Shown: positions 11,300 to 26,212, counted from the first letter of the stretch. The stretch is 64,000 nt of DNA from Tubulanus polymorphus (GCF_964204645.1 NC_134025.1:16529101-16593100), one strand, 5' to 3'. Program-made: numbers and translations. The notes: generated by a model from the sequence alone, not told the origin.

Positions 11300-13810
11300 C
11301 GGTGGTTCTCATCCGACATCCCTATTATGCTTCGGGATGGAAAGAAGCATTAGACCCCGCAGTGTGGGGTGAGGCCCAGACTTCCGAGGCTTGGACATGG
11401 CTGCCCTTGGAATCAGGCATAAAGGATTTTAGATGTTTCATGCCCCAGGATCCGAAGTTCTTGGCTTTAGGCCGGTCTATTATAATACCCCCACTGTATC
11501 ATTTAAGCCACACAGCCTGTAGACACAGATTTAGATCAGCTGGGCTTGCCAACCTCTCAGCCCATAAGTGTCCATATCCCAAAACAGGCAGTTAATGCCA
11601 TACAGGTTTTAGGGTAGTCGCTGTGTCAGATACTTCCAGGATACGTGTTTGATACCGATGCATGGAGTGCTGGAGGCGGTCAAGGTCTCACAGGATCATC
11701 CCCCATTGGATCACATGGCAGATCGGATCGCTACTTTGGAGCGACTGCTGCAGGCTATGAGCTGGGCTGTCTGCCATCAGGTTCCACTGGCTATTAGGCT
11801 TCAGGCAAATTTAGCCCTGTCAGTCAGGCATAGTTTCCTTAAGGCTTCTAAACTACCCGATTCGATTAAGACAAGTCTATATAGAGCACCATTAGGAACC
11901 TCGATTCGCTTATTCTCGGGAGGGGTTCTAAAGCAGGTACAAAAGATGGTGGAATCTAGGGCTACACCCAATTTCAGGATTCCGAAAAAGAATTTGTCCC
12001 ACAATAATACCCAGTGATCTATCGTCCTTGAACAAGTTCCTCAAGTGTCCAAAGTTCAAGATGACCACACCCAAGGAGGTAATTCGAGGGTTGAGACCCA
12101 ACCAATGGGCTGCCTCGATAGTTTTTAAAGGACGCTTACTTCCAGGTCTCTGTACACCCGAGGTCCCGCAAATTCCTCAGGGTGAAGTGGCAGGGAAGGA
12201 CATACCTATTTCGCGCTCTTCCATTCGAGCTCAGTGCGGCCCCTGGTTAGTAAAAACTGTTCAACGTTGCCTTCAGTCACAAGGGGTACGTCTATTCATT
12301 TACCTGGACGACTGGTTGGTGGTGGCGGATTTTGCAAGGAAGTGCCAGGAAAGGTTGGAGAAAACCTAGACCTTAATAAACCGGTTGGGTTTCAGGGTGA
12401 ATCTGGAGAAGTCAGATTCGTATATCTGAGGATGTACTTCAACCTGGAAGCTGGTCTAGTTTATCCAGCCGAACCAAGGCCACAAACTCAAAGAAGCGAT
12501 GACTCAGGGGATTCCCCAGTGCGGTACTGGTCTCAGGTTTTAGGACAGATGAGTTCGATGTCCTTAGTTGTTCTGCTGGGCAGATTACACAGCCCTCCAC
12601 TACAGCAGTTTTGGAAAAGTTCTTCGTCGAATTCAAATCAATGCTGGGACGGACTTCTCCCAGTGCCTCTACCGGCCTTAGTGGTGGATCTCATGTGGTG
12701 GACTCTTACTGTCAACCTTCTGAGAGGCACGTATCTAGCTCCACTCAAGGCGCCGATTCATCTTTTCACAGACGCCAGTTCTTACGGATGGGGTGCACAT
12801 CTAGAGGCTTCTCGGAAGGTGGGCGCCTGGACGTCGAGAGAGAGAGCTTTGCACTTAAACCATCTGGAGTTGTTAGCGGTGCAGAAAGCAATGCAGTTCT
12901 TCCACAGGAGACTGTCTGGGTGCCATGTTTGGTAAGCCATGAATAACTTTACGGTCAAAGCCTACCTCTTGAAACAGGGAGGAACGAGGTCTCGGACTTA
13001 AAGGCAATTAACTGCAGAGATCCTTCTATGGGTTCAGGCGCAGGGGATCTCGCTACCAGTATCCCATCTAGCCATAAAATTGAATGTGGTGGCCAATCAG
13101 TTGTCGCGTCAGGACAAGCCGATTCCCACAGAGTGGACACTGTCTCAGCCAGTAGTGCATCGAGTCAGGTCAATGATAGGTTGGCCCAATCTAGACCTCT
13201 TAGACTGGTTCAACACCAGGTGCCCAGTGTTGTTCGGCCAATTCCGGGCATGGGCCGTGGATGCGCTCTCCCTAGAGTGGGACAACGTTCATGCCTACGC
13301 TTATCCCCTCAACCCCCTGATAAATTGGGCGTTGAAGAGGGTGGAGGAGGTGCGCAACTGCGTCTTAGTCCTCGTGGCACCTTGCTGGACAGCTCAGATA
13401 TGGTTTCCGAGACTTCTAAATCTTCTGTGCGATCACCCACGTCAGCTCCCAACGTTTCCGACAGTATTTTTCCAGGGGCGGTTCAAGTCTCACCCCAACG
13501 TGAGTTTCTTGCATCTTCATGCTTGGCCACTGTCCAGCAGTCCCTCACGTCACGGATCAGGGATTTTCGCAAGGGCCTGCCTCGTTTATTCTGGCATCCA
13601 AAAGACCCTCGACAGGGACAGTCTATGATGCCAAGTGGGAATTCTTTCGCAATTGGTGTTCTGGGAGACAAGTGGATCCTCCTGTCCCGCTGTAGCAGAG
13701 CTAGCGGACTTTCTTCATTTTCTGTTTAATCAGGAAGGGTTTTAATTAAAGGGTACCAAATCGGCTGTATCACATATGCCTCAGTCTACTGGTGTCTGTT
13801 TTCGACATTC
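11300..13810 (+). mobile_element. Decayed DIRS1-like tyrosine-recombinase retrotransposon
   Basis: GC-richer block containing a gag-like ORF (11649), RT IYLDDWLVV, RNase H FTDASSYGWGAHL...HLNHLELLAV, a methyltransferase-like VDALSLEW..YAYP, and the start of the YR (YDAKW..F.NWC..ELADFL). Confidence 0.85.
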
Positions 13811-14797
13811 CCGGGTTTTGGCACCAAAATGTCCTCAAGGTCAATGAAGGTCTCACAAGATTTATGTGGAAACTACTAACTAATATGACAAGGGTTTCTG
13901 CGGCTTCCTGGATATCATCTGATGGTGTTGCTTGGGTGATTTTGCTTAGTCATCATTCTTTGTGACAAGATTTCTCAAGTTAGTGAAGAAATTTAAAAAT
14001 ATTTTGGCTATCATATTCGAATCTACATGTATTCTATACATCTATATTTCATCTAATTTGAGTGAGAACATAATTCCAGGTGGGGTAAGCATACAAAAGC
14101 AGTCAAGGCGCTGTTGGGGATTGATAGATTCAAGATGGTGTCTCCGTGAAATAAAACCAATCTGAATTTGTTAGGCCCACAGGAGTTTGTGGGTGGGCTT
14201 GGATTTTACTTCTGGGTTGCTGAAAACTGATCTTAGACATGTTTGAAGAATTTCTTTGCTTCTGGGTCTTGTGAACAAGATTGATTAAGCCAATCGATCG
14301 TGGGGTAGTTGAGATCACCTATGATGAAAATACCATTTCAAAAACACATGGTTATTTTCCACGTCTCTTCCTGAGGGCCTGCGGTAGATACCGCCAAAGA
14401 TGATTTGTTTCATGTTACTGGTCTCAATCTGCACTCATAAGTTTTCTAAGACTATCTGGCATGCCTGAACAGCTTGTGCACATCAATTTATGAACATCTG
14501 CCGGCATTAACGACGTAATACCTAACCACCTTATGATCTACCAGGGCCCTTGAGGTTCTCGTTTTAATGAAGTACTTTTGATTATCCTGAATAATCATTT
14601 AAACTTAGGAGTGGTAGAATATAAGAGGACTATCTCCTTTGTTTCGTGGAATTTGACTTGAAAATACTATGTAGAAAACTATACTTGTTAAAATCTCAAC
14701 TAATATGATTTTTACAGTATCTACAAGTCTATTTCATGCAATGTAATTTTAAAATGATGTAAGAATTTTACATTAACAAAATTTTTTGTTCTTTTAG

Positions 14798-14873
14798 TTT
14801 GACTGAAGCTGATAAGACTGCGATTAGAGTGTTACGGCGTATACGATATTTTGTTGCACGGAGGAAATTTCAG
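14798..14873 (+). CDS. KCNQ1: KCNQ1-like exon (helix B)
   Basis: ttttag|T TTG... LTEADKTAIRVLRRIRYFVARRKFQ |gtaatt. Confidence 0.93.
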
Positions 14874-15114
14874 GTAATTACTAAGTACAAGATAGGCCAG
14901 GTATTAAACACACACGATTTTTACAAGATTGCTCTGAACTTATTCAGCTGCTCAGTATTTTGCTTAGGATACCATCTTAACTGTTCTAAAACTTGTCACA
15001 TCATTAAAATGTAAATCGTTCTGTAAAACTTTGAATACTGAATAATACTACTATTAATGCAACTTTCGTTGTTACGTCAACGTTGTTGGAATTGATGTGG
15101 CTATGAGAGCACGT

Positions 15115-15465
15115 CACCTTAAAAGAAAGAAAATGAACAAAAATCCAATATAGTATTCCTGACAGCAATCATGTGCTTTATTACGAATGACAGATGCAAA
15201 CTGATGAGTGGTTACAATTAACTGATATGAAAATCATTGATTGAAATGCATTGTTATAGAGAACTTCTTTAAATCTAATATACACATGGTTATTTTGCCT
15301 ATTTCTGGCATTACAATTAAACTAGTATCAGGGCCTATGATATAATAAAGTCGGATATAAAAACTTCATAATATAACGCATGCTTACCTTAAAAGAATAA
15401 AAATCCAATATAGTATTCCTGACAGCAATCGTGTGTTTTATTACGAGTGAGAGATGCAAACTGAG
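15115..15465 (+). repeat. Local direct duplication of about 85 bp
   Basis: accttaaaagaa..aaaatccaatatagtattcctgacagcaatc..agatgcaaactga at about 15115 and 15385. Confidence 0.7.
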
Positions 15466-16096
15466 TAAAGATCTAACTCAGCCCGGGTTTAAATACCATA
15501 AATTTTGGAAGCATCTCTCACCTGTTACAAGCCACATGTTGGTCAATATACTTTTGGAGATGGGTAACCTGGTTTAATAGATAATTAATTAGCTGCTCAA
15601 ACTTGCTAGCAGCGACAGAGTGAGACACACAATTGCCATCTTCTCAGTGACAGACAAACAGGTTTCGACACAATGAGAGATGCTCTATTAACAAATAATT
15701 ATTAGATACACAGTGTCTGGCAAATTTACGCTCAGCAAGTTTGGACAAACAAAGCCTGTTATTTCACTACTAATAGGCGAATTGAACAGTAAAGCAAAAA
15801 TATATTTGGTAATTGGTTAGTATTAAATGGAGTGCTGAATTCGTGTTGACCGCTATCTCCTCCGAGTGTGAAATGATTCACGGGCTAAGGTCTGCATTTA
15901 GTTGGCTGTTATAACGACAGCTAAGTGGCAACTGCTTTTGAAGGCTATTGATGAAGCCTAAATTGGGTAAATTGGCAATTTTATGCCGTTTTTGGGGATT
16001 TTAGCGATGTAGTTTGACGTCATCTTGATCTACTAACGTAAACAACACGAGCAGAGTTGTGTAACATTTGCTGTCGAATTTACAAGTAGGCTTTTT

Positions 16097-16470
16097 ATAT
16101 ATTACTGATTCAACATAAAAAATTCTCCAATGAGAATACTACAAAAGAAGAAATAAAATTGACAATGACTTTTCATTTGCTGTGCTGAAAATTGCATGTC
16201 GATGCGTGGAGTGCGGAGGTGTGATGATAGCGCCCTCGTTTTAGTAACATGTGAAGCTCACCAAAATCAACGATGCCGTTAATCTAGATTAAGGATATTC
16301 TGTGAATAAGAAAAGATTTGTTAGAAAATATTTGAACTAAAATTAATTACGCATACGCTCAGGGTTATCATGACGAAAAAAAAATATACTAACGATGTTC
16401 GTTTATATCAATATGCAGATGAATTTTAAACAATTTTAATTCGCATTAGAAACACCATACATGTCTACCA
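16097..16470 (+). repeat. Interspersed repeat; copy at 19121-19495
   Basis: atatattactgattcaacata...acaccatacatgtc is shared between the two sites. Confidence 0.8.
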
Positions 16471-16689
16471 AGGCAGGTTGACTGTCGCTTTTGTCCGGCG
16501 AATAGATACTGCTCACACCTATAAAGTGAACGAGCCTTTTTTCGGATTCGTCCCCCAGGGGGTGCCCCTGGGGGTGGAGTTTCTATTTCTTCAAATCGCT
16601 ACTTGTCCTACTGTTTAAATCAGATCAATTCGAAATTTGGTATGAATGTTCTATGGACCTAGGCCTATAAAGTTACAGAGCCATTTTTT

Positions 16690-17180
16690 GTTTACCTTTG
16701 TCAGCAGTATGAGGTTGGTATTGATCCAATTCATGTAAAATCGCGGTACGTTTTTTAATTTGAGCATTTTTTTCATTGGTTCTCGAGTTAAACGACGTAT
16801 AATCGATGCGATTGAAGACATGACGAACCTCCGTCGATGACATGGTCAAATTTGTTTGAATTCGACGAAAAACTGTTTTTGGCGGGAAAATTCTTAGCTC
16901 TTGCGTATAAAATTGCAATGACCTCGATCGGGATGGCGTCATCGCTACGAGCGAATGTGATTGGCTGTTTTTGGGATATACGAGGAATTCCCGCCGCTAC
17001 TAAAATAATTATGGGAAAGCCATTAATGGCGAACGTTTCATTGGACTGGTGCCGTATATGTGCAAATTTTAAATGCTCATTGCTGGTGAGAATATAATTA
17101 TTTCACCTATCGCCATAGGTATTGTTTCATTTTGATACCCGGTGATTGAGATTGAAGCGAATGTTCACTACACAAAGCTT
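16690..17180 (+). repeat. Interspersed repeat family; copies at about 18240-18460 and 31345-31640
   Basis: ttacctttgtcagc...ttaaacgacgtataatcgatg...gcgggaaaattcttagctc, and gaacgtttcattggact...gccataggtattgtttc, recur. Confidence 0.75.
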
Positions 17181-17184
17181 CTGC

Positions 17185-17670
17185 ATCGACTTTCCAAAAT
17201 CCTTCCTACTAAGATTCTTCACCAATTATATCAAAGCCTAATTTATTCCCATTTATATTACAGTAACATAGTTTGGGTTAATGTATACCAAATTTCTATT
17301 AATCAACTGTTTCTTCTACAGAATAAAGCTATCAGAATCATCAATAAAACGTCCTATTTAAAAAATACAACCCCATTATTCAAGCTTTCAAAAAGTGCAA
17401 GACATATATCGTTTTTGTATTGGACAGTTTATGTATCGCTATTATCTCAACGATTTACCAGCAACTTTGCATAATCTTTTTTCTTATGTTAATGAAAGAA
17501 ATAAATATCATACCAGAAATTCATCCAACTTTAACATCGACTTCTCTAAATCAACAGCTAAAACCAAATCTTAATTTCTGGCCCATTACTTTGGAACAGT
17601 TAACATGTTTCAGTTATCTCATCATCTACAATTTCAATATTCAAAAATCGTTACAAACTTCAGTTATTAT
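17185..17670 (+). pseudogene. 3' fragment of a CR1/L2-clade LINE ORF2
   Basis: LYQSLIYSHLYYSNIVW...LFLLQNKAIRII..YLKNTTPLFK, typical of the post-RT region. Confidence 0.7.
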
Positions 17671-18799
17671 CATTTTAGCATTGGTTGACGTCTATGACGT
17701 CATGCCAATGCTAGTAAAATGGATCGAAAATAGTAGTACGAAAAAATAGCGCCGACTCTTCTCATTTTCATAGTAATTTCAAATTGTCAGTCCGTTCACG
17801 TAAAACATTAGAAACAGCTGAAAATGACTCAAAATAATGTTTTAAATTATTCGCCACAACATAGCGTCGCCGGATTTCTGATTAAATGGTCCAAAAATTT
17901 ATTCTATCGCATTTTTCTCGTTAGTAATCTGTTAGATGTGAGGGGTTAAACAATCGCGTTGCGATATGTCCGCATTGATATTGGCATTAAAGAATGGGGA
18001 ACAGCCTCTTCTGAATAGAAAAACATAAGATTATGTACCTCCGGTTTATAAATATCATGGTGTTTGGATATCACTGTTATTCCAACTATCAGTACCCATG
18101 GGAGTATTTGGGATTAATTCTCAGCATCAGAATACGTATTGCTAGAGCAGTGGAATGGCAGCCTACTCGTGACTGAAACCCGTATGTGATCGTGCGGGAA
18201 CGCCTTTACTAAAGTTAAAACCATTTCATGATGACACGAAACGTCGTTTTTGGAATATATGGGGAATTCTGGCGCTCCTAAAATAATTATGGGAGAGTCA
18301 TTAATGGTGAACGTTTCATTGGACTAGGTGCTGTGCGAATTTTAAATGCTCATTGGTGGTGAGTATATAATTATTTCACATATCGCCATAGGTATTGTTT
18401 CATTTGTTCCGATGATTGTGTTGATTGAGATTGAAGTGATGCGAAAGTTCACTACACAAGGCCTCCATGTGCACGTGAGCGCTAACATTAGACTGTTGCA
18501 CACACAAACACACGCTCATACAGACTACTATATGGAGATGCTGTAACGCTGCATGGCGCGTGCACGTTTGGTATGATAACAGGCTGAATAATCGTCGTAG
18601 CAGATGAGCGCAGTTTGATAGAATTTGTAATAAATTGTTATTTCTTGTGACCTGAAAATACTAAGCAACAAACTATAGGTATAGGTCGAGGTCTGAATAT
18701 TGTAGTGGTAAATTCCAGGATTTAAAAAGATCTAATACTACGCCCTGGTTTTAGCTTCCGCGGCCATACATGGGAAGAGGTTTCGTTTCCAAGACTCAA

Positions 18800-19120
18800 T
18801 ATTCAGCCACCCTCTGAAAGGTGACATATGAATTTTATTTGAATATTTTTTTCGTATTGTGAATTTTTTTTTGGAAAATACAATATAGTTTCCAATGCCG
18901 TGCCTACCTGTACCCTACGAAATTTTGGACGTAGACCAGAAACAAATGTTTATCTTTGGTCTTATTTGACTACAAAATAATTCTTTAAGAAAGATAAAAT
19001 ACAATATAAACTTCTAGAACTTTGAAGTCACGAATTAAAAAGATTTTTCAAGCAATGCCCTTACTCCAAACAACCTCTAGCTTTCAAGGTAAACCACACT
19101 TTGCCCATGGGCAATTTATT
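18800..19120 (+). repeat. Repeat copy carrying the empty site of the 31689 MITE
   Basis: Matches 31650-31688 joined to 32222-32510, with a single TTA at 18835-18837. Confidence 0.75.
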
Positions 19121-19917
19121 ATATATTACTGATTCAACATATAAAATTCTCCAATGAGAAACTACAAAAGAAGAAATAAAATTGACGATGATTTTTCATT
19201 TGCTGTGCTAAAAATTGCATGTCGATGCGCGGCATCGTTTGTATTATTTTCCATGGAGCTGTGATGATAGCGCCCTCGTTTTAGTGAACATGTGAAGCTC
19301 CCCAAAACCAACGAAGCCGTTAATCTTTAGATAAAGGATATTCTGTTAATGAATAAAGATTTGTTAGAAAATATTTGCATTGAAATAAATTATGCATACG
19401 CTCAGGATTATCTTGATGAAAAAAACGTTTGTATCAATATGCAGATGAATTTTAAACAATTCTAATTCGCATTAAAAACACCATACATGTCAACCAATAT
19501 TGTGTAGTATATATTTGAATTCGAACGCTTTGTTTGGTAGCGGCTGACTCGCCACGATCCTGCCTATGCGTGGTTACCATCTTATTGACCTCGGCGTCTT
19601 GCTTGCACTATGGTTTATGATGAGATTGATTACATAGTAGGGAAGCCGCGATCCGCGCCCTCTCTCATACGGTGTGGTGTAAGCTGCCTCGTCAATAGAA
19701 TGATGCTATGAGGGAACGTTGACTGTCGCTTCTGTCCGGCAAATAGACACCGCTCTCACGTATATATTGTTCATGTCGAGCTGGTGCACTGTAGTGTAAA
19801 AATAGATAGGCAAACTCGACCACACAGAAAGAATCTGTTTGGTTGTAAAATGTTATTAACTTTATCAGTTCATTTCTAAGCTGCCGGGTCTGATATAGTA
19901 ATATATCATTGATCATG

Positions 19918-20128
19918 ATAAGATAAAATCCCACTATTTACAGATTAAAAGAATTTTCACACCTGACGTCACACCTGACGATGATCTCTAGGGTGAGATC
20001 GAAACGTCGTGTCTTTTATATATTTTGGATTGAATAAATAAATTCTGGTTTTTAAATTATTTTAATCTGTAAATAGTGGGATTTTATCTTATTATCCGTT
20101 CACCACGATTAAGTGTGGTTTATCGTTC
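19918..20128 (+). mobile_element. Short Penelope-like insertion with inverted 5' segment and 14-bp TSD
   Basis: TSD tatcattgatcatg at 19904-19917 and 20129-20142. Internal inverted repeat taagataaaatcccactatttacagattaaaa / ttttaatctgtaaatagtgggattttatctta. Contains a hammerhead core. Confidence 0.8.
19971..20012 (+). ncRNA. Minimal type I hammerhead ribozyme
   Basis: acac-CTGACGA-t-gatctc/tagggt/gagatc-GAAA-C-GTC^gtgt. Intact core, GUC cleavage triplet, palindromic ACGT helix III. Confidence 0.8.
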
Positions 20129-20769
20129 TATCATTGATCATGGTTTAGAAAAAGTTATGTGCAAGGTAGATATGTGGCTGGCTGTGTCAACTATAAAGCT
20201 CAGCAATGAGTGGAGAGACAAGGTATCAATTTGTTAGCCTTAGGTCTTGGCTTTGAATCCTGAAAATCGGGACAGAGTTTGTATGGAACTTAGAATACTT
20301 TCTCATCTCCAGATACAGCTAGATTTGATTTCAGCTTCAGCAACAAAATATGAATATGACATCTGAGATGCTTTTGATTTTTTATATATTATTTTTTTCC
20401 TTTTCATTTTTACTTTGGTTTTTTGGCATTATTATCAACTTCACTTTTTAAGCTGCCATCTTTTTCACAGGCTTCGGTTTTTTGCATCCTTGCTGTAGTA
20501 TTGAAATTATCTATAACTCGGACTTTATGTAAATTATTTTTTTCTGTATATAATGTTTCTATGTTATATGTAATTTCAATGCAATCAGGAATAAAGAATA
20601 TCATATCATTTGTAATCACTTCCCATGCCGCCATAGTGTCCCTGGACCTCTAGTTTCCAAGAATCTAGTAACAATTGAATCCGAAAGGAATTCGAAGCAA
20701 TATGCTGAGCTGGGCAGTAAGCATGGCTATGTAATTTTTTGAGAACAGCTGTGTTTCATAGTTGTTTGA

Positions 20770-20913
<144 letters not shown>

Positions 20914-23900
20914 TGATTGAATGATATGAAACATGTTCAGTCCACCACAAAATGCTTTTTACGACAACGTGGACACTCCAGTCAATTCTCGAGCCATAGA
21001 CAATATCTTGATACACCTGGTAAAGTCATCATTCCTAGTTTTAGCCATCCTAGTTTTAGCCAAGGCTTTACAAAATCCTATTCAAACATCTATTTATTTG
21101 TTATTTTAAATGAATCTCTGGTGTACTTCAATATATCAATTGCCCAAGGTATATTGATCATATAAGTTAGTCCCATCCTGATCCTTTACTTATACATTTT
21201 CCCTTGAATTTTCTGACACTACATAGTGAATATCCTGAGTGCTAATGGCTTAAAATCCGAAACCAGGAACAAAAAAATATCCGAATGTCGGTCAATATCC
21301 ACTTGATAATTTTAGAAAAGCCCTTACTATTAAAAATATTAAAAAAGCAACACGTGTAAGGCTGATGCAAGTCAAGCAAGCAAGTGAGCATCAGGTCAGA
21401 AGCGCTCATGTTAGTATTGAGGGACCTATTTATGATCAAGTAGAATGTTATAATTTGGAAGTGTTATTCCAAATAAGTTATAATACAATGTAGATATATA
21501 ATTCCTAAGACAAATGAAATAAAACATTATATATAGCTGCAAAGCAGCAATAACAGGTTTTCTGCGAAGACGCACCATGCCATTCAGGATGATAGGAAAC
21601 ATCCAAAATTAGATACTGATGCATACAATATAATGTATTGACAGATTCAAACCTAATATGCAACCACTGTGTAAACGTCTAATGTGATTCAGCTTTGATG
21701 CCGAACTTACGTGGGCATAAAATCAATAAATATGAATTGATTAGACCAAGCATTTATTTTGTATCACCACGCTTAAAAAATGGATCTGTTCTATTAAGAA
21801 ACTCATCTTAAGAATCTGCTTAGTCAATAGGTGTTGAACACATTTACTGATATAAGAACGTATTAGGATTTAGAATAGATTTCACGGAATTAATCTTTTG
21901 ATTGAAATATTTGAATAAATACATATATTGTATTGTAGATTCAGTGGATAGATTATGAATCGCTCTGCTTTGGGTATCTGGCTGATGTTGATTTTGGCTT
22001 TTTGGATAACTTATTCTATACTGATAAACAATTTATACCTGCAACATGTGCGTAAATATCAAACCTATTCCACTAGTTACGTGTGTTTCCGAATAAACGG
22101 GACAGTCACTCCTAGTCATTAGAAAAATAATCTTCATTTCGATATAGAAATTCATTACTTTTTTGTGAAAATTCTATAATGATATTGTTTCTGTCCTAAT
22201 TTTCATTACTGTTGAACCAATGATATGCTTTGAAAATATGATGTAGTAAAATAAGTTTGAATTCTAATTAAATTTGAATATGAGAATCAAGCATAACTTG
22301 TGTTCTTTCCACTTGTCTTACTTGTCTCTCAATAAGAGTTCGAGATTGTCAATTACAATCAAATCCAGAATTGGCTAATAGCTACATAGGCCTAAATGAA
22401 ATAAACTGTAAGTCACTGCAAACCTATTCCAGTGTTTTGTTAATCGTGTTAATCGCTTTGCTTGAGTTGAAAGAATCAGGCTGTCTATATCGGTCAAAGA
22501 GAGAGTTATCTTGGTGTCGACTGTCTGCCCTTGACCATTCACCTTCATGTGTTTGACATTGGTATCAACATTATTCCCATGAACTGCAAAATATTCATAG
22601 AACATGAAAACCTATATACAGTATTCAAACTTTCACCGATGTTGGATATTTGAATGAACATTGGCTTATTTCAGGTATATAATAGCCCTAAATCTGTAAG
22701 TTGCTCATAAAGTTGTGCATGCACTCTTTTACATTTTGATGCATTTTTTGATGCCTAATAAAACGTTACCATCATGAAACCTATGTTAAACATTCAGCAT
22801 CTTTTTACAAACGACAACCGTAAATCGATGTGCAAAAGGTCACAGGTCTTTGTGTACACATACGAGCTATTTGGCAAAATATTATCGACAAAGATGTAGA
22901 ATGGCTCCCTGTGATTATATTATGAGCTCTATTTGAACGTTGAAACGTTATATTGAATTGAATATCATAAGAAGATGTATTGTAATAAAAAGTAAAGGAT
23001 GTATGATTATATCAGAAGCGGCAGGCATAAATAGAAATGATAAGTAAATCGGATTATTCGGTCAAAATGGTGGATGTATACACGATTTGGAAGTCTGATA
23101 TAAAAGGATGACCCCGAAATGGGGATGCTGGTGGAATGACGAAGCTATCTACGATCTGTGTAGGGCCGGCGTGAATTTCATCGGCGGCTACAAGCGGTCA
23201 ATATAAATATGTGTAAACATATAATTTCAATATTCCAATGTTTTAGAAAATATGTTCGATATTAGGGGTATGCAGGTTTCATGAGATTAACAATTTATAA
23301 TAGCATAGCTGTCATATACGGCTCTGTATCCATTGATGGCATGTGTATTAGGTGACAATTCAATTCAATTCTTTATTGATCCTTATTACATACAAAATTT
23401 CCAAATTCAATTTTACACATTAATGTTACACATTTTAAAATAAGAAATATCAACATACAAGACAGATGCGTAATTCATACAGAATAACATAAACAAGTTA
23501 TTTTAACTGACATTGTCTACTTCAACCCAGACTCAAGAGGATATCGAGTGACAGCCAAACCCGGGCGGCGGGCCGGCTGGCGATATGCTCCAAAGTCATG
23601 ATAAAGCAGACATCAGAAGAGCTCTTTCTTAGACCATGGAGGCAATGAAGTTGTAGACCAGCTTAGAGGCAAAAGTGATTGAAGTGGGTCGCAAGTTATC
23701 AATTATTGACAATTTTCAATGAAAAAATTAAACAACTACTAGTCGAAGACCTGAATTACCCGATCGCCAATTCTCATGATTCCCCAAATTTCTTAAAACT
23801 GCGATTTCAAATTTGATTAGCTTACCCTTAAAATTCATCTTTTTTTGCAGGCATCAAATAAAATTAAAATTAATTTTCTTGTTGCAAGTCGCTCATGCAC

Positions 23901-26212
23901 ACATAATTTCTAATGGCTAGAAGTATGAGCAGATATTTTTGTTCATGCATGTCAAAACACATGTGAGCAGAAATCCAAGGTATACTCCAAGGTATTCTTT
24001 GCTCATGTCCTCACTATATAAAGAGTGTTTTAACGTCATATTGGATAAAATATAATTAATTGCATATACTGGACTTACGAATTACTATAGCTACCCGGCG
24101 TACAAATACCCTATATGATATTTACGCATAATAACAGAAAGTGGATGTATTTTATAATTACTACGGTCTTAGGCTGTTTTTCTAATAGCCTTGTTTATGG
24201 GGTAGACAGTGAAATATCATTTCGAAGGAAGAAATGAAAATAGGGAAAGATTTGCCTCAGTGAGATAAAATCACTTTTTGATGGAAGAGTGAACTCTCGA
24301 TAGGGCAATATACATATGTCCAAACAAATTATTCTTGGGAAGTTCGAATTCTGCACGCTGTGATCAAAAAAGAATCTAGAGTTTTTCAATTTTTTCATCA
24401 TTCAAGGCAGGATTCTCATTCGGCGGAGGTTTAAAATCTTTTTTTGCTCATTTTTTAACTGAATTAGTTCCACAGACAGGAATAAAAATAAAACTTCTTC
24501 AAATTTCGGGAGGCGGTTCCCATAAACCAAGCTATTAAAAAAAGCCTTAGCAAGCGGCACTGGACATTCAGTTCGATGTTAACCATAGACTTAATGAATT
24601 CATGCCACTAATTTGAACTGATATTTTTGAAACACAATAACTGGAGAAATACCCCTTATTGTGGCGGTTTAGTGGGTAGTTTACTATTAAATCCAGTTTA
24701 TACTGGTTTTGAAAACAATAACCCGAGCCAATTTGTGAGCAGTTTACAATTAAATCCAGTTTATACTGGTTTTTAAACAATAGTTCGAGCAACTTTACGA
24801 GCAAGTTACACGAAATTCCAGTTCTGACCAGTGGGAAAAAAGGCTATATAAACTCCAGTTTCTAGATTAGAACTTCAGTCAGATGATTATCACAATTGAG
24901 TGGGGAGCAAGGATAGAATATGAACACGAGAAAGAAACTACCATGTTGTTGTTGTATTATTGGCGATAGGCCAACATTTCTGATTATTTTCTTCTTCCTT
25001 AAAAAAGCAGTGGTTAAACAACACTTCTTTCGGCCTTTCGACAGTACCACTGGTCGTATGTGCATTGTTTCTATTGAACCTTCTCAACATGTACTTTGAC
25101 ATGTATGAGCAAGAATTTCCGCTCATGCCTTCATTAGAATATGATTTATAGATATTCGCATAAGCAGTAACATCTGCTTGCTTGAGCAGGAATAATGTGT
25201 GCATGAGCAGTTTGCAATAATGCAAAAGAGTGCATGCACAACTTTGTGAGCAACTCACAGAAAGTGGGTTTATTTTATAGGTCCTTATCTCAATATTTTG
25301 AAGCAGGAAATAATAAGCCCAATCCCTGAGCCGCATTTATCAACTGCGGGGTTGATTAATTTACATATATCCTCATCTAACCTTATCCCTATTCTTTGAC
25401 CAGCTGTTGACGCATGTGCGTACACGTAGATTATTGACGCATGCTCAGAGGGAACTCACGTACGGCTAACCTGTGAAGATCACCGTACATTCACGTATGG
25501 GTAACAACTTCGTACTTAAAATGGTATTGGCTACTATAGTACCATAGGCCTAGAGGAAAATAAATGCTGTTAGGTTTCTAAGTTTCCACACTTCTCAAAA
25601 CCGAACCAACTCTGACCAACCAGTCCTAGTTCGCACCAGCCGGCACAGGCCTATCACTTTTTGTCAACTGTGTGTTTCGTAGTAGGCTATCGATAATCAC
25701 ATGATACTTTTCTGTCGTTTCTTTTTTTCCCTGAAGCTGAATTATCTGAATGTGGTCGAACGTAATTCTAGTAGCCCGTGACTTAACAACCTTGATTTAA
25801 ACTTGATCAATTCAAATGTATTTATTGATGCTTTTGTTTACACAAACAGATAAGCAATATAATAAAATAAAGTAACCGAAATAACAGGGAATCAATAATA
25901 TAAAAGAGGTAACAACAAACAAATGTCTGTAAACATGTTGGACTCACAAACACCGGACTCGTAAACTCCTGGACTTGGACCCAATATTCTTGGAGCATTC
26001 CTCTGACGTCGCCGATGCTTGTTGTCTAACAATTATTGACAGTTAACTAGTAAGTAATTTTAAGTTTCAAATAAGATGGGCAGTACATTCAGTCAATCTG
26101 CTCATTCAGAGACCATTATTACTGCATCAATTTATACATTTCGTTTAGTCAGTTGCCGAATCTGAATGAAGATGAATTTTATTTGACAAAAATAGGGTGA
26201 AAATAAATAATA

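Noticed and set aside
13028-13729. 233-aa Ser-rich ORF as a host gene
   Set aside because: It is an overlapping alternative frame within the DIRS element.
18225-18248. tgatga..gaaacgtcg hammerhead-like string
   Set aside because: It lacks the C of CUGANGA and has no stem II.
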